Shown here: positions 22,032-31,744 of the stretch, piece by piece
Layout: every line of letters starts with the position of its first letter
Numbering within the stretch: position 1 is the stretch's first letter
Notes under the pieces: generated by a model
Told to the model about the DNA's origin: nothing
Database searches by the model: none
What the model saw: only the letters and a program-made list of their open reading frames with translations
Made by a program: the position numbers and the translations under genes
Virus record (IMG/VR): IMGVR_UViG_3300045988_112739
Length of the DNA: 64,000 nt
From: a virus
Strand: one strand, 5' to 3'

Positions 22032-22048
22032 TGCGTTCACCAACAATA

Positions 22049-22084
22049 TTTATGCAGACACCCCTAAAAGAGTGTCTGCATAAA
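22049..22084 (-). terminator. stem-loop after tail tube gene (terminator/attenuator)
   Basis: TTTATGCAGACAC…GTGTCTGCATAAA, 13-bp stem; weak U tract on minus strand. Confidence 0.45.
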
Positions 22085-22101
22085 TGCACCTGAAATTATT
22101 A

Positions 22102-22758
22102 TCAGGTTGTCTCGTCCTCAGTATATACCTTGAAGGTATAAAGAGTTCTGTCAAGACAGCCCTTAACAAATTCAAGACCAAGGTTCTGTACAACAGGCTC
22201 ACCATCAGCAGAAACGTCAAAGTTCCAGTTACCGTCAACCTGTGCCTGACCCTCAATCTCGCAAGGGAATAACTCACCAGTACATACGTCCTTTGCAATA
22301 CCATAAGCGGTAGCAAGAACAACCGGAGGAATACCGTCAGAGTTTACGGTGATAGTCTGTGCATTAGTATCAGACTTGAAGCTATATGCACAAGCAATCA
22401 TGTCTCCAGCGGTGGGAGCATCTGTGCCAAAAGTAATCTCCTTAGTACCAGAGTCATAAGAGAAAGTCTCTGTTCCAGTAGCAGTAGCAGCTTGTTTATA
22501 AGTCTTAGAATAAGTGCCATCAGCACCTACAATATAAACAAATTTGATTTCGCTACCAGCAGTACCAGTAGCAGTAAACTTAGTCTTGTACTTACCATCA
22601 CTACCTGCCTCAATTACATCATAATATGTAATAGGGGTAGAACCAGTAACAACCTCAGTACCATTCTGAATAGCCAGTACCTCAGTATTAAATGTAGCAA
22701 CAGTTACATTCATAGTGGCTCTACGAGAGTGTGAGAAGCCACCGCCGATATATACGTC
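22102..22758 (-). CDS. major tail (tube) protein-like, exon 3
   Basis: Frame stays open upstream of track ATG: DVYIGGGFSHSRRATMNVTVATFNTEVLAIQNG…; GC-richer codons, followed by stem-loop. Exact 5' boundary (22757-22758) is uncertain. Confidence 0.55.
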   Translation of the reverse strand, partial: DVYIGGGFSHSRRATMNVTVATFNTEVLAIQNGTEVVTGSTPITYYDVIEAGSDGKYKTKFTATGTAGSEIKFVYIVGADGTYSKTYKQAATATGTETFSYDSGTKEITFGTDAPTAGDMIACAYSFKSDTNAQTITVNSDGIPPVVLATAYGIAKDVCTGELFPCEIEGQAQVDGNWNFDVSADGEPVVQNLGLEFVKGCLDRTLYTFKVYTEDETT

Positions 22759-23105
22759 CTTGGTATTTATATGTATTCGCTAAATACATACCATACAACA
22801 AATGTATGCTCATGCTTTCACATGAGAGTAGGTCATATCACAGACTTATTAAAAGTCTTTCCCCATTTCACAGTCGCTTGACTGTTACGCACCGCCGTGC
22901 TGACCGTCGAACCTTACTTGAATAATTTATTCAAGTCTTGGCGGCTGATTGTCCATTATTACAGTACTTAGGCTTGCACCATATACTATCCACATTATTC
23001 TTTCTACTTTCGTCACATTCACGCTTGTTAATTAAAACTACGTTGTAGTTAATGTGGCTCTTAGGAGTTTCCAGCCATTAAAGGAATTTTTCGATACTTT
23101 TCACA
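22759..23105 (-). ncRNA. group I intron B in tail tube gene
   Basis: Minus strand: AAATTCCTTTAATGGCTGGAAACTCCTAAGAG, GGACAATCAGCC, TTCGACGGTCA (P7) with GTGATATGACC (J8/7-P7'), long P9 hairpins, ends …ATATAAATACCAAG(G). 5' splice site is not canonical (no U.G found), so 5' boundary is +/- a few nt. Confidence 0.7.
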
Positions 23106-23117
23106 AAGTAAAGGGAA
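23106..23117 (-). CDS. tail tube gene, putative micro-exon (about 12-13 nt, TTCCCTTTACTT)
   Basis: Left between the homology-defined 3' end of intron A (…AATATAACG) and the start of intron B; 12 nt keeps frame (…VYPTG-FPLL-DVYIGGG…). Confidence 0.4.
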
Positions 23118-23505
23118 CGTTATATTATTCCTGCACCCAATATCTTCCAATAGGTCGTTAATCTATTGCGTTTTTAAAACAGCTCTATATTTCTATAGAC
23201 GTTGAGACTATATCTTCATACATTTTATGTATGCACTCCATTTCGATTTAAAGGGTTCTCACCTACGCACTTGCGCCCTACTCTTATTGCAATTAACCCA
23301 TTGCTAAAAAAGATAGTCGTTGAACCTTTCTCCTAATAGGAGACTTGGTTGCGGATTATCCAATACCAATACTTATTACCATACCTTAGTAGTTAATTAA
23401 GCCATTACTATATTACTATAATAACTTGGTATATTGGTCTCTAAGGAGTTTCCCGCAATTAAAAGTGTTTTCAAATACCAATCAGTATTTGGAGCAGTAT
23501 TATTT
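23118..23505 (-). ncRNA. group I intron A in tail tube gene (paralogue of tape-measure intron 14244-14583)
   Basis: TTAATTGCGGGAAACTCCTTAGAG, GATAATCCGC, GAAGATATAGTC. A 45-nt block (23313-23357) is identical to 14409-14453. P1 is GGGU| with GCUC; ends GAATAATATAACG. Confidence 0.9.
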
Positions 23506-23655
23506 ACCCGTGGGATATACCATTTCCATTGTATTTTCAAGAGAAGTTGTCTTACAGTTAGTAAGATATGCAATAATGCTCTTGTCAACAGGCTTTCTTA
23601 AAAGAATCTCAAATGCCTGCTGCATAGAGAACTGTTTAGGTGTAGCTAAAGCCAT
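23506..23655 (-). CDS. major tail (tube) protein-like, exon 1 (50 codons)
   Basis: GGAG RBS, ATG 23655; MALATPKQFSMQQAFEILLRKPVDKSIIAYLTNCKTTSLENTMEMVYPTG then stop 2 codons into the intron. Confidence 0.65.
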
Positions 23656-23684
23656 AAATTTTCAACTCCATTCATAACATTAGA

Positions 23685-24518
23685 TTAATTAATACTAGAA
23701 GCCCAATTAATCTTTTCCCAATTAATAGGGTGTTTCTTCGTATCAATACAACCAGCATTTAATTTATTCAATGTATCTTGGTAATTACTCATTTTGTTAT
23801 ACCTAAAATACATATCATACAGTGTATAAACAGGCAAATCCCACACAGACGTAGGATTACCCAAATGGCACTCAACAAATGAAACTATAGTGTCAAAGGT
23901 TATATATTGTTTCCTTTGAACTTTTCGTTCATCGTAATCATGCTTTAAGATATATTTCTTTGCTCTTTTGTTGCCACCCTTTAAGAAATCAAAATCCTGA
24001 TTAATCCAATTAATCTGTCTCAACATTTGAGACAAAAGGTTATAACTCATTTCAGCAAATACTATACTATCTTCATTTATAATATAAATATCATTCTCAT
24101 TTTTTACATTATATAATACAGTCTGTTGTGTGTTCTCCCTAGTGATAACAGACAAGGCATATTCGCCTGTTAAACCTAAGAAAAAGTTTAAGGCATCTCT
24201 ATATATATCAGAAACTAAAACACCATCAACTGTAATATCATATTCTTTTAAATATAATTTACAATCCTTTTTCTGACCTACAGCCATACTAAGGAATAAT
24301 GTCCAATCACTTTCTATATCTTCATACCAAACTTGATTTTCACACCATAAAATATCTGCGTATTCTATTCTGCCACAAGTCAATACGCTAACATATGCCC
24401 TATAATTACTATAACCTAGTTTCTCTATATCTCCTAATGTAGGCTGATATAGTGTGAGAAATTTGGTTATACTTTGGGCTGTACCCCTCATCAAAGAAAG
24501 AGTTTCTACTTTATTCAT
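23685..24518 (-). CDS. hypothetical protein
   Basis: ATG 24518 overlaps upstream stop (ATGAATAA coupling). The track N-terminal 53 codons overlap the preceding gene and are discounted. Confidence 0.55.
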   Translation of the reverse strand: MNKVETLSLMRGTAQSITKFLTLYQPTLGDIEKLGYSNYRAYVSVLTCGRIEYADILWCENQVWYEDIESDWTLFLSMAVGQKKDCKLYLKEYDITVDGVLVSDIYRDALNFFLGLTGEYALSVITRENTQQTVLYNVKNENDIYIINEDSIVFAEMSYNLLSQMLRQINWINQDFDFLKGGNKRAKKYILKHDYDERKVQRKQYITFDTIVSFVECHLGNPTSVWDLPVYTLYDMYFRYNKMSNYQDTLNKLNAGCIDTKKHPINWEKINWASSIN

Positions 24519-25182
24519 TTTGATTCTTGCTATGAAAATTTCTAGGCAGATAAGATATTTTAGGGATTTCGACTGCATTTTTGTCAATTTCTTCAACAGG
24601 ATAAACAAGTTTACTATTAATATTTTGGTTCTTAGGCAATCCACCACAGTCAATGTTGCTATTAACACTAACCTCATAAATCATCTGCAAACCGTAGAAA
24701 TAGTTACTATAATCTCTTGGTTGAAAACCACGAGAGTATGGCGCACCAGTAATAGGCAAATCTGTTATCTTGCTATTAAGTATTTTGTCTATTTCAGACA
24801 TAATAAGGTAAGGGCGATATCCCTCTTTTACTTTCCAACATTTTAAATGAGAAATAATATCTATCAAAATATTTACTCTCCTAAACCCAGTATTTTCATC
24901 AACATCATAGCCACCACTTAAATTTACTAAAATAAATGTTTGCTGTTTAGTTTCTGCTTCTGGTATTTTAGGAAGAGGAAATACATTTTTATAAAAAAGA
25001 ACGTCTGTATTCTTTATATCAGGTTGAGAATATACCGAATAATTTAAATCAGGAAAATCGTTCATATTATCAGAACCACTTTCGGGATAATAATAGAGCA
25101 ATTTGCATATATTTTGATTTCTCAAAATCTTTTCTCCGATTATATTATCTACAATTTTAGACAACTCTGAATAATATGGCAT
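24511..25182 (-). CDS. hypothetical head-tail/neck region protein
   Basis: 223-aa ORF, start overlaps upstream stop. Confidence 0.55.
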   Translation of the reverse strand: MPYYSELSKIVDNIIGEKILRNQNICKLLYYYPESGSDNMNDFPDLNYSVYSQPDIKNTDVLFYKNVFPLPKIPEAETKQQTFILVNLSGGYDVDENTGFRRVNILIDIISHLKCWKVKEGYRPYLIMSEIDKILNSKITDLPITGAPYSRGFQPRDYSNYFYGLQMIYEVSVNSNIDCGGLPKNQNINSKLVYPVEEIDKNAVEIPKISYLPRNFHSKNQNE

Positions 25183-26438
25183 TATACTAACCCTCCTAAT
25201 TCTATTTCAAATTCAGTTATTCTAGTATCACTTGTATCACTAACACAAGACACTATTAATCTTTCATCGCTAGGTCTTAAATTAAGCACAGTGAAATGGT
25301 TGCCATCGACATCACTAATTTTGTAATATCTGCTATTCGCACCACTAAAAGTAAATGTGAATACAGCATTTGTGGCAACATTATTTACATATTCATAAAC
25401 GCCAAACGTTTGTCTCGCATTCAACTTAACGAACCTAGAGATAGGACTAATTACTATTTTAGAAACCATAGGTAACACATTAGAAACTTTGACTTGTACT
25501 GCCGAGGTCACATCAGGTTTATTTACCATTGTGGCTATGAAGCCACACTCGCCTAATTTCAACAGTTTAAATTCGCCTGTATATGGGTCTATTTCGGCGA
25601 CACTAGGAGACGTACTCTCCCAAATTACTTCCTCGTCAGTTTCTTCTCCGTCAAGTAAAACTCGTGCGTTTAATTTTCCTGTGAAACCTATAACATTTTC
25701 TATATTACCAGTAGGAATAATAGCAGTATAATTATGTTCAACATAATTAGCTATTCCTAAGTCAAACCTGTCATCGTCAGATATATTGTCAAGGTCAATA
25801 TAAAAATTTATAATCTTTTGAGACTCAGAATTAAATGTCTCTCTTAAATCATAATCTCCACGACTACGAATTTTATAAACACTAGACCCGAATATAAATC
25901 TATTATTTATAGAAACCCTGTCGCTGTAAACATTGTCTTGACAAAAAACTTGCAGTCTACTATTAGCTACTTCCATTTCTGTACTTCTCTGCAACTGTGT
26001 TTCATTAATCTTATAATCAATCACACACGGTTCTTTATGAATGTTTCCATATTTATCCTCTGTATTTATAGTGTTATTACAACGCCTTACATAAACACTA
26101 GAAGTTGCAGTAAGTATATTTTCCAAAGAGTAAACTATCCAAATATTGTTTTCAAACCTATATCTTGTACCCAATTCAGGACAATGTTTAATGTCTGGAA
26201 ATATAATTTTACGATAATCGTCATTAACCCTTTGTCCAGTAGTAGCATCTATAAGAGTTGTAACTCTACATATAATGGGTTTAAATTCTAATGTACCAAA
26301 AGCAATTTCTTCTTCTATACCATTTTTCTGGTATGTAGAAGAATTGGTAAAAGTTTTATCAATTAATGCTTGCATGGCATCGTGCCATCTGTCATACGGT
26401 TCGGGAGTGTTGCTTATAAACGTATCATAATATTTCAT
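25182..26438 (-). CDS. structural protein with C-terminal Big_2-like Ig domains
   Basis: …VIWESTSPSVAEIDPYTGEFKLLKLGECGFIATMVNKPDVTSAVQVKV… matches the bacterial Ig-like group 2 pattern. Confidence 0.45.
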   Translation of the reverse strand: MKYYDTFISNTPEPYDRWHDAMQALIDKTFTNSSTYQKNGIEEEIAFGTLEFKPIICRVTTLIDATTGQRVNDDYRKIIFPDIKHCPELGTRYRFENNIWIVYSLENILTATSSVYVRRCNNTINTEDKYGNIHKEPCVIDYKINETQLQRSTEMEVANSRLQVFCQDNVYSDRVSINNRFIFGSSVYKIRSRGDYDLRETFNSESQKIINFYIDLDNISDDDRFDLGIANYVEHNYTAIIPTGNIENVIGFTGKLNARVLLDGEETDEEVIWESTSPSVAEIDPYTGEFKLLKLGECGFIATMVNKPDVTSAVQVKVSNVLPMVSKIVISPISRFVKLNARQTFGVYEYVNNVATNAVFTFTFSGANSRYYKISDVDGNHFTVLNLRPSDERLIVSCVSDTSDTRITEFEIELGGLV

Positions 26439-26752
26439 ATGTTTCTCCCTTTCTTAACAGCATCAATGCAATAGAATATATTAGACTTCATTTCTTTATG
26501 ATTGATTGTTGATAAATTTTCATTTATCCCGTTTAGTGTACTCACAAGAGAAATGAAGTTTTCAGCTTCTATTAAGTCATTAAACCCTTGAAATTCAAGA
26601 ATTAAATGCTCAATATATGTAGATAACTGCTCATAGTTATCTGTAGACTTTTCATATATTTTTAAGCATGCGAATATTTTTCCAATAATTTTATTAAAAT
26701 AACTATCTATTTCTTCTTCGCTCAAATTTTTAAAATAATCCTTACAAACCAT
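26435..26752 (-). CDS. hypothetical protein
   Basis: Start moved to ATG 26752 (MVCKDYFKNL…), which overlaps the stop of the spliced upstream gene (ATGGTTTGTAA). Confidence 0.5.
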   Translation of the reverse strand: MVCKDYFKNLSEEEIDSYFNKIIGKIFACLKIYEKSTDNYEQLSTYIEHLILEFQGFNDLIEAENFISLVSTLNGINENLSTINHKEMKSNIFYCIDAVKKGRNI

Positions 26753-26898
26753 AGTCACCCACCGCCCACTGTTTGAAATTAGTGTTTGCGAGACCATAAT
26801 CTGTCATATCCTGAGAAGCTATTTCTCTTAGCTTATCTGCATATTCTCTTTTCTCTTTAAGGTTTTTCTCTTCGGAATAATGCTTAAACTTTTCATTA
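26742..26898 (-). CDS. head-tail region protein, exon 2
   Basis: …NEKFKHYSEEKNLKEKREYADKLREIASQDMTDYGLANTNFKQWAVGDYGL*; only open frame downstream of the intron. Exon lengths 347+157=504 nt keep frame. Confidence 0.65.
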
Positions 26899-27189
26899 CT
26901 TTTATATTTAGCTTATCATATAAAAGACCGTTTGGTTTTCTCATAATTTCTTATGAGCATAGACTATATCTTTACCCTGTTACGGGTATTCCCCACTTCG
27001 GAACGCTTGTTCCTAACGGTATCTCAACCGATAGTCGTTGAGGGTTTTCCTTTTCGGAACTTCCCTGCTGATTGTCCAATCTTATAACTTTTCAAACATT
27101 TACATATAAGCGTATTTCATCTTTCTGCTTTAGTATATAAGCTCTAAGGAGTTTCCAGCATTTCAAGGAATTTATGTATAAACTTCCGT
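26899..27189 (-). ncRNA. group I intron in head-tail region gene
   Basis: AAATTCCTTGAAATGCTGGAAACTCCTTAGAG, GGACAATCAGC, CAACGACTAT (P7), AAAGATATAGTC (J8/7-P7'). P1 is UGUAUAAU| with GUUUAUACA; ends AAATATAAAAG. Confidence 0.85.
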
Positions 27190-27536
27190 ATTATACAAGA
27201 CTTTAAACAACGTTGTGTTCTCAAATCATTATCGTTAAGATTTAATTCCATTTGTACAATATCATTGATATTGTATTCTACCCAAGAAATAACCATAAGT
27301 TCAGAGAGAATATTCTTCTCTTTAATACTAAGAGTAAAATTAAACTCTTTTGAGGTAGTATCTACATCTTCTATATTAGGACAATTATGGAATTTGGCTA
27401 TAGCCTTTATAAGAAATGTCTCTAGTAAATCTTCACCAAGTTCAAAATTTTCCTTAAATAAATTCTTTAAGTGATAATCCTGTATAGAGTTTAAAAATAT
27501 GTGATAAATCTCACTAAATTCTGTATTAGCACTCAC
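27190..27536 (-). CDS. head-tail region protein, exon 1
   Basis: Track ORF 27144..27536; tail RKFIHKFLEMLETP is intron read-through. Confidence 0.65.
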
Positions 27537-27561
27537 ATACTTAACCCCCTCTCAATATGGA

Positions 27562-28242
27562 TTACTTGCGACCATCTATCAGTTTCTGTATAGCATTATA
27601 TCCTGCTAATTCATCATTGATATTGATTTTTGTAAGTTTACTAATAAGATTCACTTTGTTAAGGTCAAAACTTTCACCACTAGCTGTTCTATAAACAATA
27701 TTCTGTACAAGAACCTGTTTTTGAGCATCGTTCATAGTGCTAACAATTTCCTCAATCTCTTTGTTAGAACGAGAACAAATATGTGTAATCACATCAAGAT
27801 TAAACAATCTACTATAAACATCTGAAAGCCCTAAATGATATACTGCACTAGGGTCACAAATGTAAAACAGTCCGTTCTCTGCAAAACTACTATCATTATT
27901 AACAATATCAGTTAAACGAGAATATAAGCAACTCTTAGTTTGACCGAATTTATCAAAATGCAAAATACTTCTGCCATCATTAAGATTTAAAGTGCCATAA
28001 CAAAGAGAAACGATTTTAACCTGTTTATCAGGACGTATTTCCTCGATGTTATCCATATTCATGGTAAGAGGAGCCTTTTCAACAGTGGCAGTTTCAGCTA
28101 CAGTTTCCTGTGGCTTGTTCTGAGCCTGTAACATATTTAGAATTAAATCTAATTTGTTTTCAAGCTCTGCGTTTTTCTGTTTAAGTAAATCTAACTCACT
28201 AGACTGAGTTATTTCCGTTTTCTTGCTTGTAGTGCTAGGCAT
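27562..28242 (-). CDS. hypothetical protein downstream of capsid gene
   Basis: AAGGGG RBS before ATG 28242; N-terminal coiled coil. Confidence 0.55.
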   Translation of the reverse strand: MPSTTSKKTEITQSSELDLLKQKNAELENKLDLILNMLQAQNKPQETVAETATVEKAPLTMNMDNIEEIRPDKQVKIVSLCYGTLNLNDGRSILHFDKFGQTKSCLYSRLTDIVNNDSSFAENGLFYICDPSAVYHLGLSDVYSRLFNLDVITHICSRSNKEIEEIVSTMNDAQKQVLVQNIVYRTASGESFDLNKVNLISKLTKININDELAGYNAIQKLIDGRK

Positions 28243-28276
28243 ACAGCAATCCCCTTTCAATCCAAAATAATAAATT

Positions 28277-28304
28277 AGTACAGAGGAATAATATCCTCTG
28301 TACT
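28277..28304 (-). terminator. intrinsic terminator after capsid gene
   Basis: AGTACAGAGGA…TCCTCTGTACT stem followed on the minus strand by AATTTATTATTTT. Confidence 0.65.
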
Positions 28305-28322
28305 AAAATAATATATCGTCAA

Positions 28323-29408
28323 TTAAGACAGCGTAATAAGACCAGCAATAGCATTGGTAGCAATTGCGATACCATAAGACTTATTAATAGTGGTGCTATT
28401 AGTAAGGTTTGCAGTATCAAATGCCTCGATGGTATTGCTATAAGAGTCGCCCTCGTAAACGAGTTTAACAGGCTTCTGAGAAGATGGAGAGATTACATAA
28501 ATCTTCTTGTCATCAAGAGCAAGCTTGTAAGGAGAAGTCCAATCTGCAACCTGGGGCAGTACAAGAGTATCATAACCAAACGCAGTCTGAATATAGCCCA
28601 TCTTTACGAAATCACTATCAATCATGTATCTATAGTTGTTGCCATCAGGCAGGATATTAGAAACTGCAAGCTGAGTACCCATAAATACAGCCTTTGCGCC
28701 ATTGTTATAAGCGGTTACAGTCTGTGCAAGACGAATAGCCTCGTTCTTAGAATAACCAGTTACTTTAAGACCAGTGTTCGCAGTAGCAGGAAGGTCAAGC
28801 ATAGCGGTGTTAAATGCAGTAAAGCACTCCTTGGTAATCTGAGCCTCCAGAGAAAGAATTGCCTTAGTTACAAACTTAGCGATGCTTTCAAGACCACACA
28901 TTACCTTGTAAAGACTTACAGATACGGAAATAGCTCTGTTCTCAGGAACAACAGTAGCCATACCCTCAAACTGCTTCTGGAAGTTTACAGTTCTCTGGTC
29001 TCTACCAGCCTTAGAAATATAGAACAGGTCATTAGGCTCTACAGTAAACTGTGCACTATCACCCCAACCGATATTTCTCTGCTCGGTATAGATACCAATA
29101 CTCTTATCAAGGACATCAGGAATAATCATATCAATAAGAGAGTTTACAACTGCAAAGTAAGCCCACTTAACCATAGGGTTATTAGCCATAGCAGTAGCAT
29201 TAGCAGCACTAAAATCTACATTGGCAAGCTTAGAAACTTCCTTACCAATAAGAGCATTTACCTTGGTCTCCTTCTCAGAGAAAGAAATAGACTTGTCATA
29301 AGTATAACCATCTCTATGCTCAACATCAGAGAGGTACTGATTAAGATAATCAGCAAACGCAATCTTTACGTCAGACTGATTTTCAGAAAAACATACTAAC
29401 TTATTCAT
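28323..29408 (-). CDS. major capsid protein (by position, size and composition)
   Basis: 361 aa after scaffold-like gene; GC-richer codon usage typical of highly expressed virion genes; strong terminator downstream. Fold not verifiable here. Confidence 0.6.
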   Translation of the reverse strand: MNKLVCFSENQSDVKIAFADYLNQYLSDVEHRDGYTYDKSISFSEKETKVNALIGKEVSKLANVDFSAANATAMANNPMVKWAYFAVVNSLIDMIIPDVLDKSIGIYTEQRNIGWGDSAQFTVEPNDLFYISKAGRDQRTVNFQKQFEGMATVVPENRAISVSVSLYKVMCGLESIAKFVTKAILSLEAQITKECFTAFNTAMLDLPATANTGLKVTGYSKNEAIRLAQTVTAYNNGAKAVFMGTQLAVSNILPDGNNYRYMIDSDFVKMGYIQTAFGYDTLVLPQVADWTSPYKLALDDKKIYVISPSSQKPVKLVYEGDSYSNTIEAFDTANLTNSTTINKSYGIAIATNAIAGLITLS

Positions 29409-29430
29409 TTAATTTCCACCTTTCTATAAA

Positions 29431-29964
29431 TTAGTTAATCTCTACTACATATCTGTAAGTAGGCAGAGGAGTCTTAGCAATAGAAGTCTGACCTATGTGC
29501 AGATTATCTGTGCCAACCTTGTGCAGAGAAAGACCTGTACCAGCCGCATCTGCTGCTTCAAGAGCAAACTTATCCGCAGCAGGAACAAGATAATCCTTAG
29601 TGGAAATATCCTTGATAGACTCGGAATAAATCTCAATCTCGTCACCTACGTTGAGGAATGTAGCATCAATCATACGACCAGCGTTGTTGACAAAATATCT
29701 AGGGTCAACAATAATATTCTTCATTTCGAGGTCTCCAACCTTAGTGATAACAACCTCGGGAGAAGTAGCAATCCAAAGACCCTTATCGGTAGCAGCAGCC
29801 TGTTCAGCCACCCAAACATCCTTCTCGCCAATAGTAGTAGACTTCTTAACGAGCTTAAATACAGAACCATTATCAATATCACTAGTGCAAACAGCAGTTC
29901 TATTATAAGAATCAATATTCATAGCTGCTACACGAGTCTTAATTACAACATTATGTAATGCCAT
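29431..29964 (-). CDS. head-associated protein (decoration/auxiliary?)
   Basis: 177 aa, GC-richer codons like capsid gene; ATG 29964 with AAGGTG upstream. Confidence 0.45.
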   Translation of the reverse strand: MALHNVVIKTRVAAMNIDSYNRTAVCTSDIDNGSVFKLVKKSTTIGEKDVWVAEQAAATDKGLWIATSPEVVITKVGDLEMKNIIVDPRYFVNNAGRMIDATFLNVGDEIEIYSESIKDISTKDYLVPAADKFALEAADAAGTGLSLHKVGTDNLHIGQTSIAKTPLPTYRYVVEIN

Positions 29965-29986
29965 GTTATTCAACACACCTTTCAAA

Positions 29987-31744
29987 TTAAATTCTATCCC
30001 AAATACTGCCGCTAGGCTGAGTATTAGGTACGGGCAAGCCCATTCTTACAAAACCAGTAGAATCTGCTCTATCAAATACCTGTGCTTTTACATAATTCTT
30101 CCAAGCATCAATAGAACTGAAATTCTTAAACTCAGACATGAGCTTCTGCTTATCATCTTCTGAGAAAGAGAAACCCTTTTCTGTAATTTCAGACATAACA
30201 CTTTCCATCTGGGACATCTCGGCTTCTCTAGCCATTCGTTCCTCAGTGTCACATTTGAACTTCTTTAAATCCTCATAGTCGCTCATGCTTTCAAGCTTTG
30301 CCATATAAGCATTTTTATCAGCCTCTAAGCGAGCTATAGTGTCAGACATTTCAGCAATCTTAGACATAGCAGTCTCAATACTCATATTCTCTTCTTTATC
30401 GTCATGATTATCTTCCTGCTTATCATCAGAATCATCATCGTGATTACCGTCATCATGCTCATCGTCAGACATTTTTTCAGCAGTTTCGCCACCACACTCA
30501 GCAGAGTTTTCAACCTCGGCTTCCTCTGAATTCTTAATCTCCTCGGTTTCCGAATTATCTACTTCCTCTGTCTTAGTGTCCTTATTATCTTCCATTTTAA
30601 CACCAACAGGTGATACATCGCAGTTGTCTACTTCTGCTAAATTTTCATCAGAATTTTCAATAGGCTGTGTAGTTTCCTCTGTAGAGTTCTCTACAACTTC
30701 CTCACTATTCTTGATTGTATCTTCCATCTTCTGTTCACACCCACTTTCTGACTGATTTATATAATCTGCAAAATATAAACTGAAATCATTTTCCGAAATA
30801 CCAAACTCAGAAAAGTTTTCAGTAGTTAAACCTAATTCTCTATAATGTTTAAGTAAATGCTCTTTAACATTTCCTTGAACAATTCCCTGTTGAGAGGCTC
30901 TTTGGAAAGCCGCTTGCACACCATCTTTATGAACAACAAGTTTGCCATCTCTAATAACATGGTGTGGATATTTGAACTTAGTAATTTCTGGCTCTTTCGA
31001 ACTGAAATCACCAACCAAATATGCTTCTTTTAGCAATGCTCTCTTATTGCTTGCCTTGACGATAGGATTAAACAATTTTCTACGGGGATTGCTCCACGCA
31101 CCACTAACAGCACTTTTAGCACTATTATCTATCTTAATCCCATCAGCAAATTCAATACTATCAAGATATTTAGATTTATCCTTGGAGAATTCCAACAGAG
31201 TAGCCCCACAACCTTTTACAGCAGGAGCGATTGCTTCTCCTAGAATAGTAATACCCTGTACGCAAAAATCCTTTATTATGGGTTTATCACAAAATTCCTG
31301 TTCTTCTACTATAGTACTTATTTCAATACTAACATCTTTAAACCCACCAGCTTTTTCAAACACTTCAATAAGTCTACCACAGTATTTTGTCCATATAAGG
31401 GCTGTTACTGTCATAAAAGTTCTATTATCAACTTGTTCAAAAACCACTGGGTTTTCAGAACTCTCTTTTATAAATCCTACAGGAACTTCATCAGGTTCAT
31501 GTCCTTCAGCATCATCAAGCCATCTATTGTATTTCCACACAATAGGTTTATCATAAACACTATAAGCACATCGCTCAATAACTTCTTTATCAACAGGAAG
31601 CGTATGAGCGTTTTCTCCACTAGCAAAAGCTCTTATTCTCATTTTTCTAAAAAGAGATTTATTAGTATCGTCTATGAACTGGGTAGTATCTACAAATTCT
31701 GCACTATCGACAGAAAAATTAACAGTCTGTTCTATGCTCAACAC
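29987..31744 (-). CDS. scaffolding / prohead-processing-like protein
   Basis: 585 aa: globular N-terminal domain, long D/E-rich linker (…DDEHDDGNHDDDSDDKQEDNHDD…), C-terminal coiled coil. Lies between portal region and capsid. Confidence 0.4.
   Translation of the reverse strand: MLSIEQTVNFSVDSAEFVDTTQFIDDTNKSLFRKMRIRAFASGENAHTLPVDKEVIERCAYSVYDKPIVWKYNRWLDDAEGHEPDEVPVGFIKESSENPVVFEQVDNRTFMTVTALIWTKYCGRLIEVFEKAGGFKDVSIEISTIVEEQEFCDKPIIKDFCVQGITILGEAIAPAVKGCGATLLEFSKDKSKYLDSIEFADGIKIDNSAKSAVSGAWSNPRRKLFNPIVKASNKRALLKEAYLVGDFSSKEPEITKFKYPHHVIRDGKLVVHKDGVQAAFQRASQQGIVQGNVKEHLLKHYRELGLTTENFSEFGISENDFSLYFADYINQSESGCEQKMEDTIKNSEEVVENSTEETTQPIENSDENLAEVDNCDVSPVGVKMEDNKDTKTEEVDNSETEEIKNSEEAEVENSAECGGETAEKMSDDEHDDGNHDDDSDDKQEDNHDDKEENMSIETAMSKIAEMSDTIARLEADKNAYMAKLESMSDYEDLKKFKCDTEERMAREAEMSQMESVMSEITEKGFSFSEDDKQKLMSEFKNFSSIDAWKNYVKAQVFDRADSTGFVRMGLPVPNTQPSGSIWDRI

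Noticed and set aside
22050-22925. ORFs 22050-22322(-), 22084-22272(+), 22492-22734(+), 22731-22925(+), 23397-23588(-) and 23426-23677(+).
   Set aside because: They are either alternative frames of the tail-tube exons or run through or antisense to the two introns. None has an RBS, and intron-encoded endonuclease motifs are absent.
29497-31556. Overlapping ORFs 29497-29958(+), 29651-29908(+), 29721-29915(-), 30832-31014(-), 30942-31556(+) and 31433-31768(+).
   Set aside because: These are shadow frames of the GC-richer head genes 29431-29964 and 29987-31744. They have no start signals.
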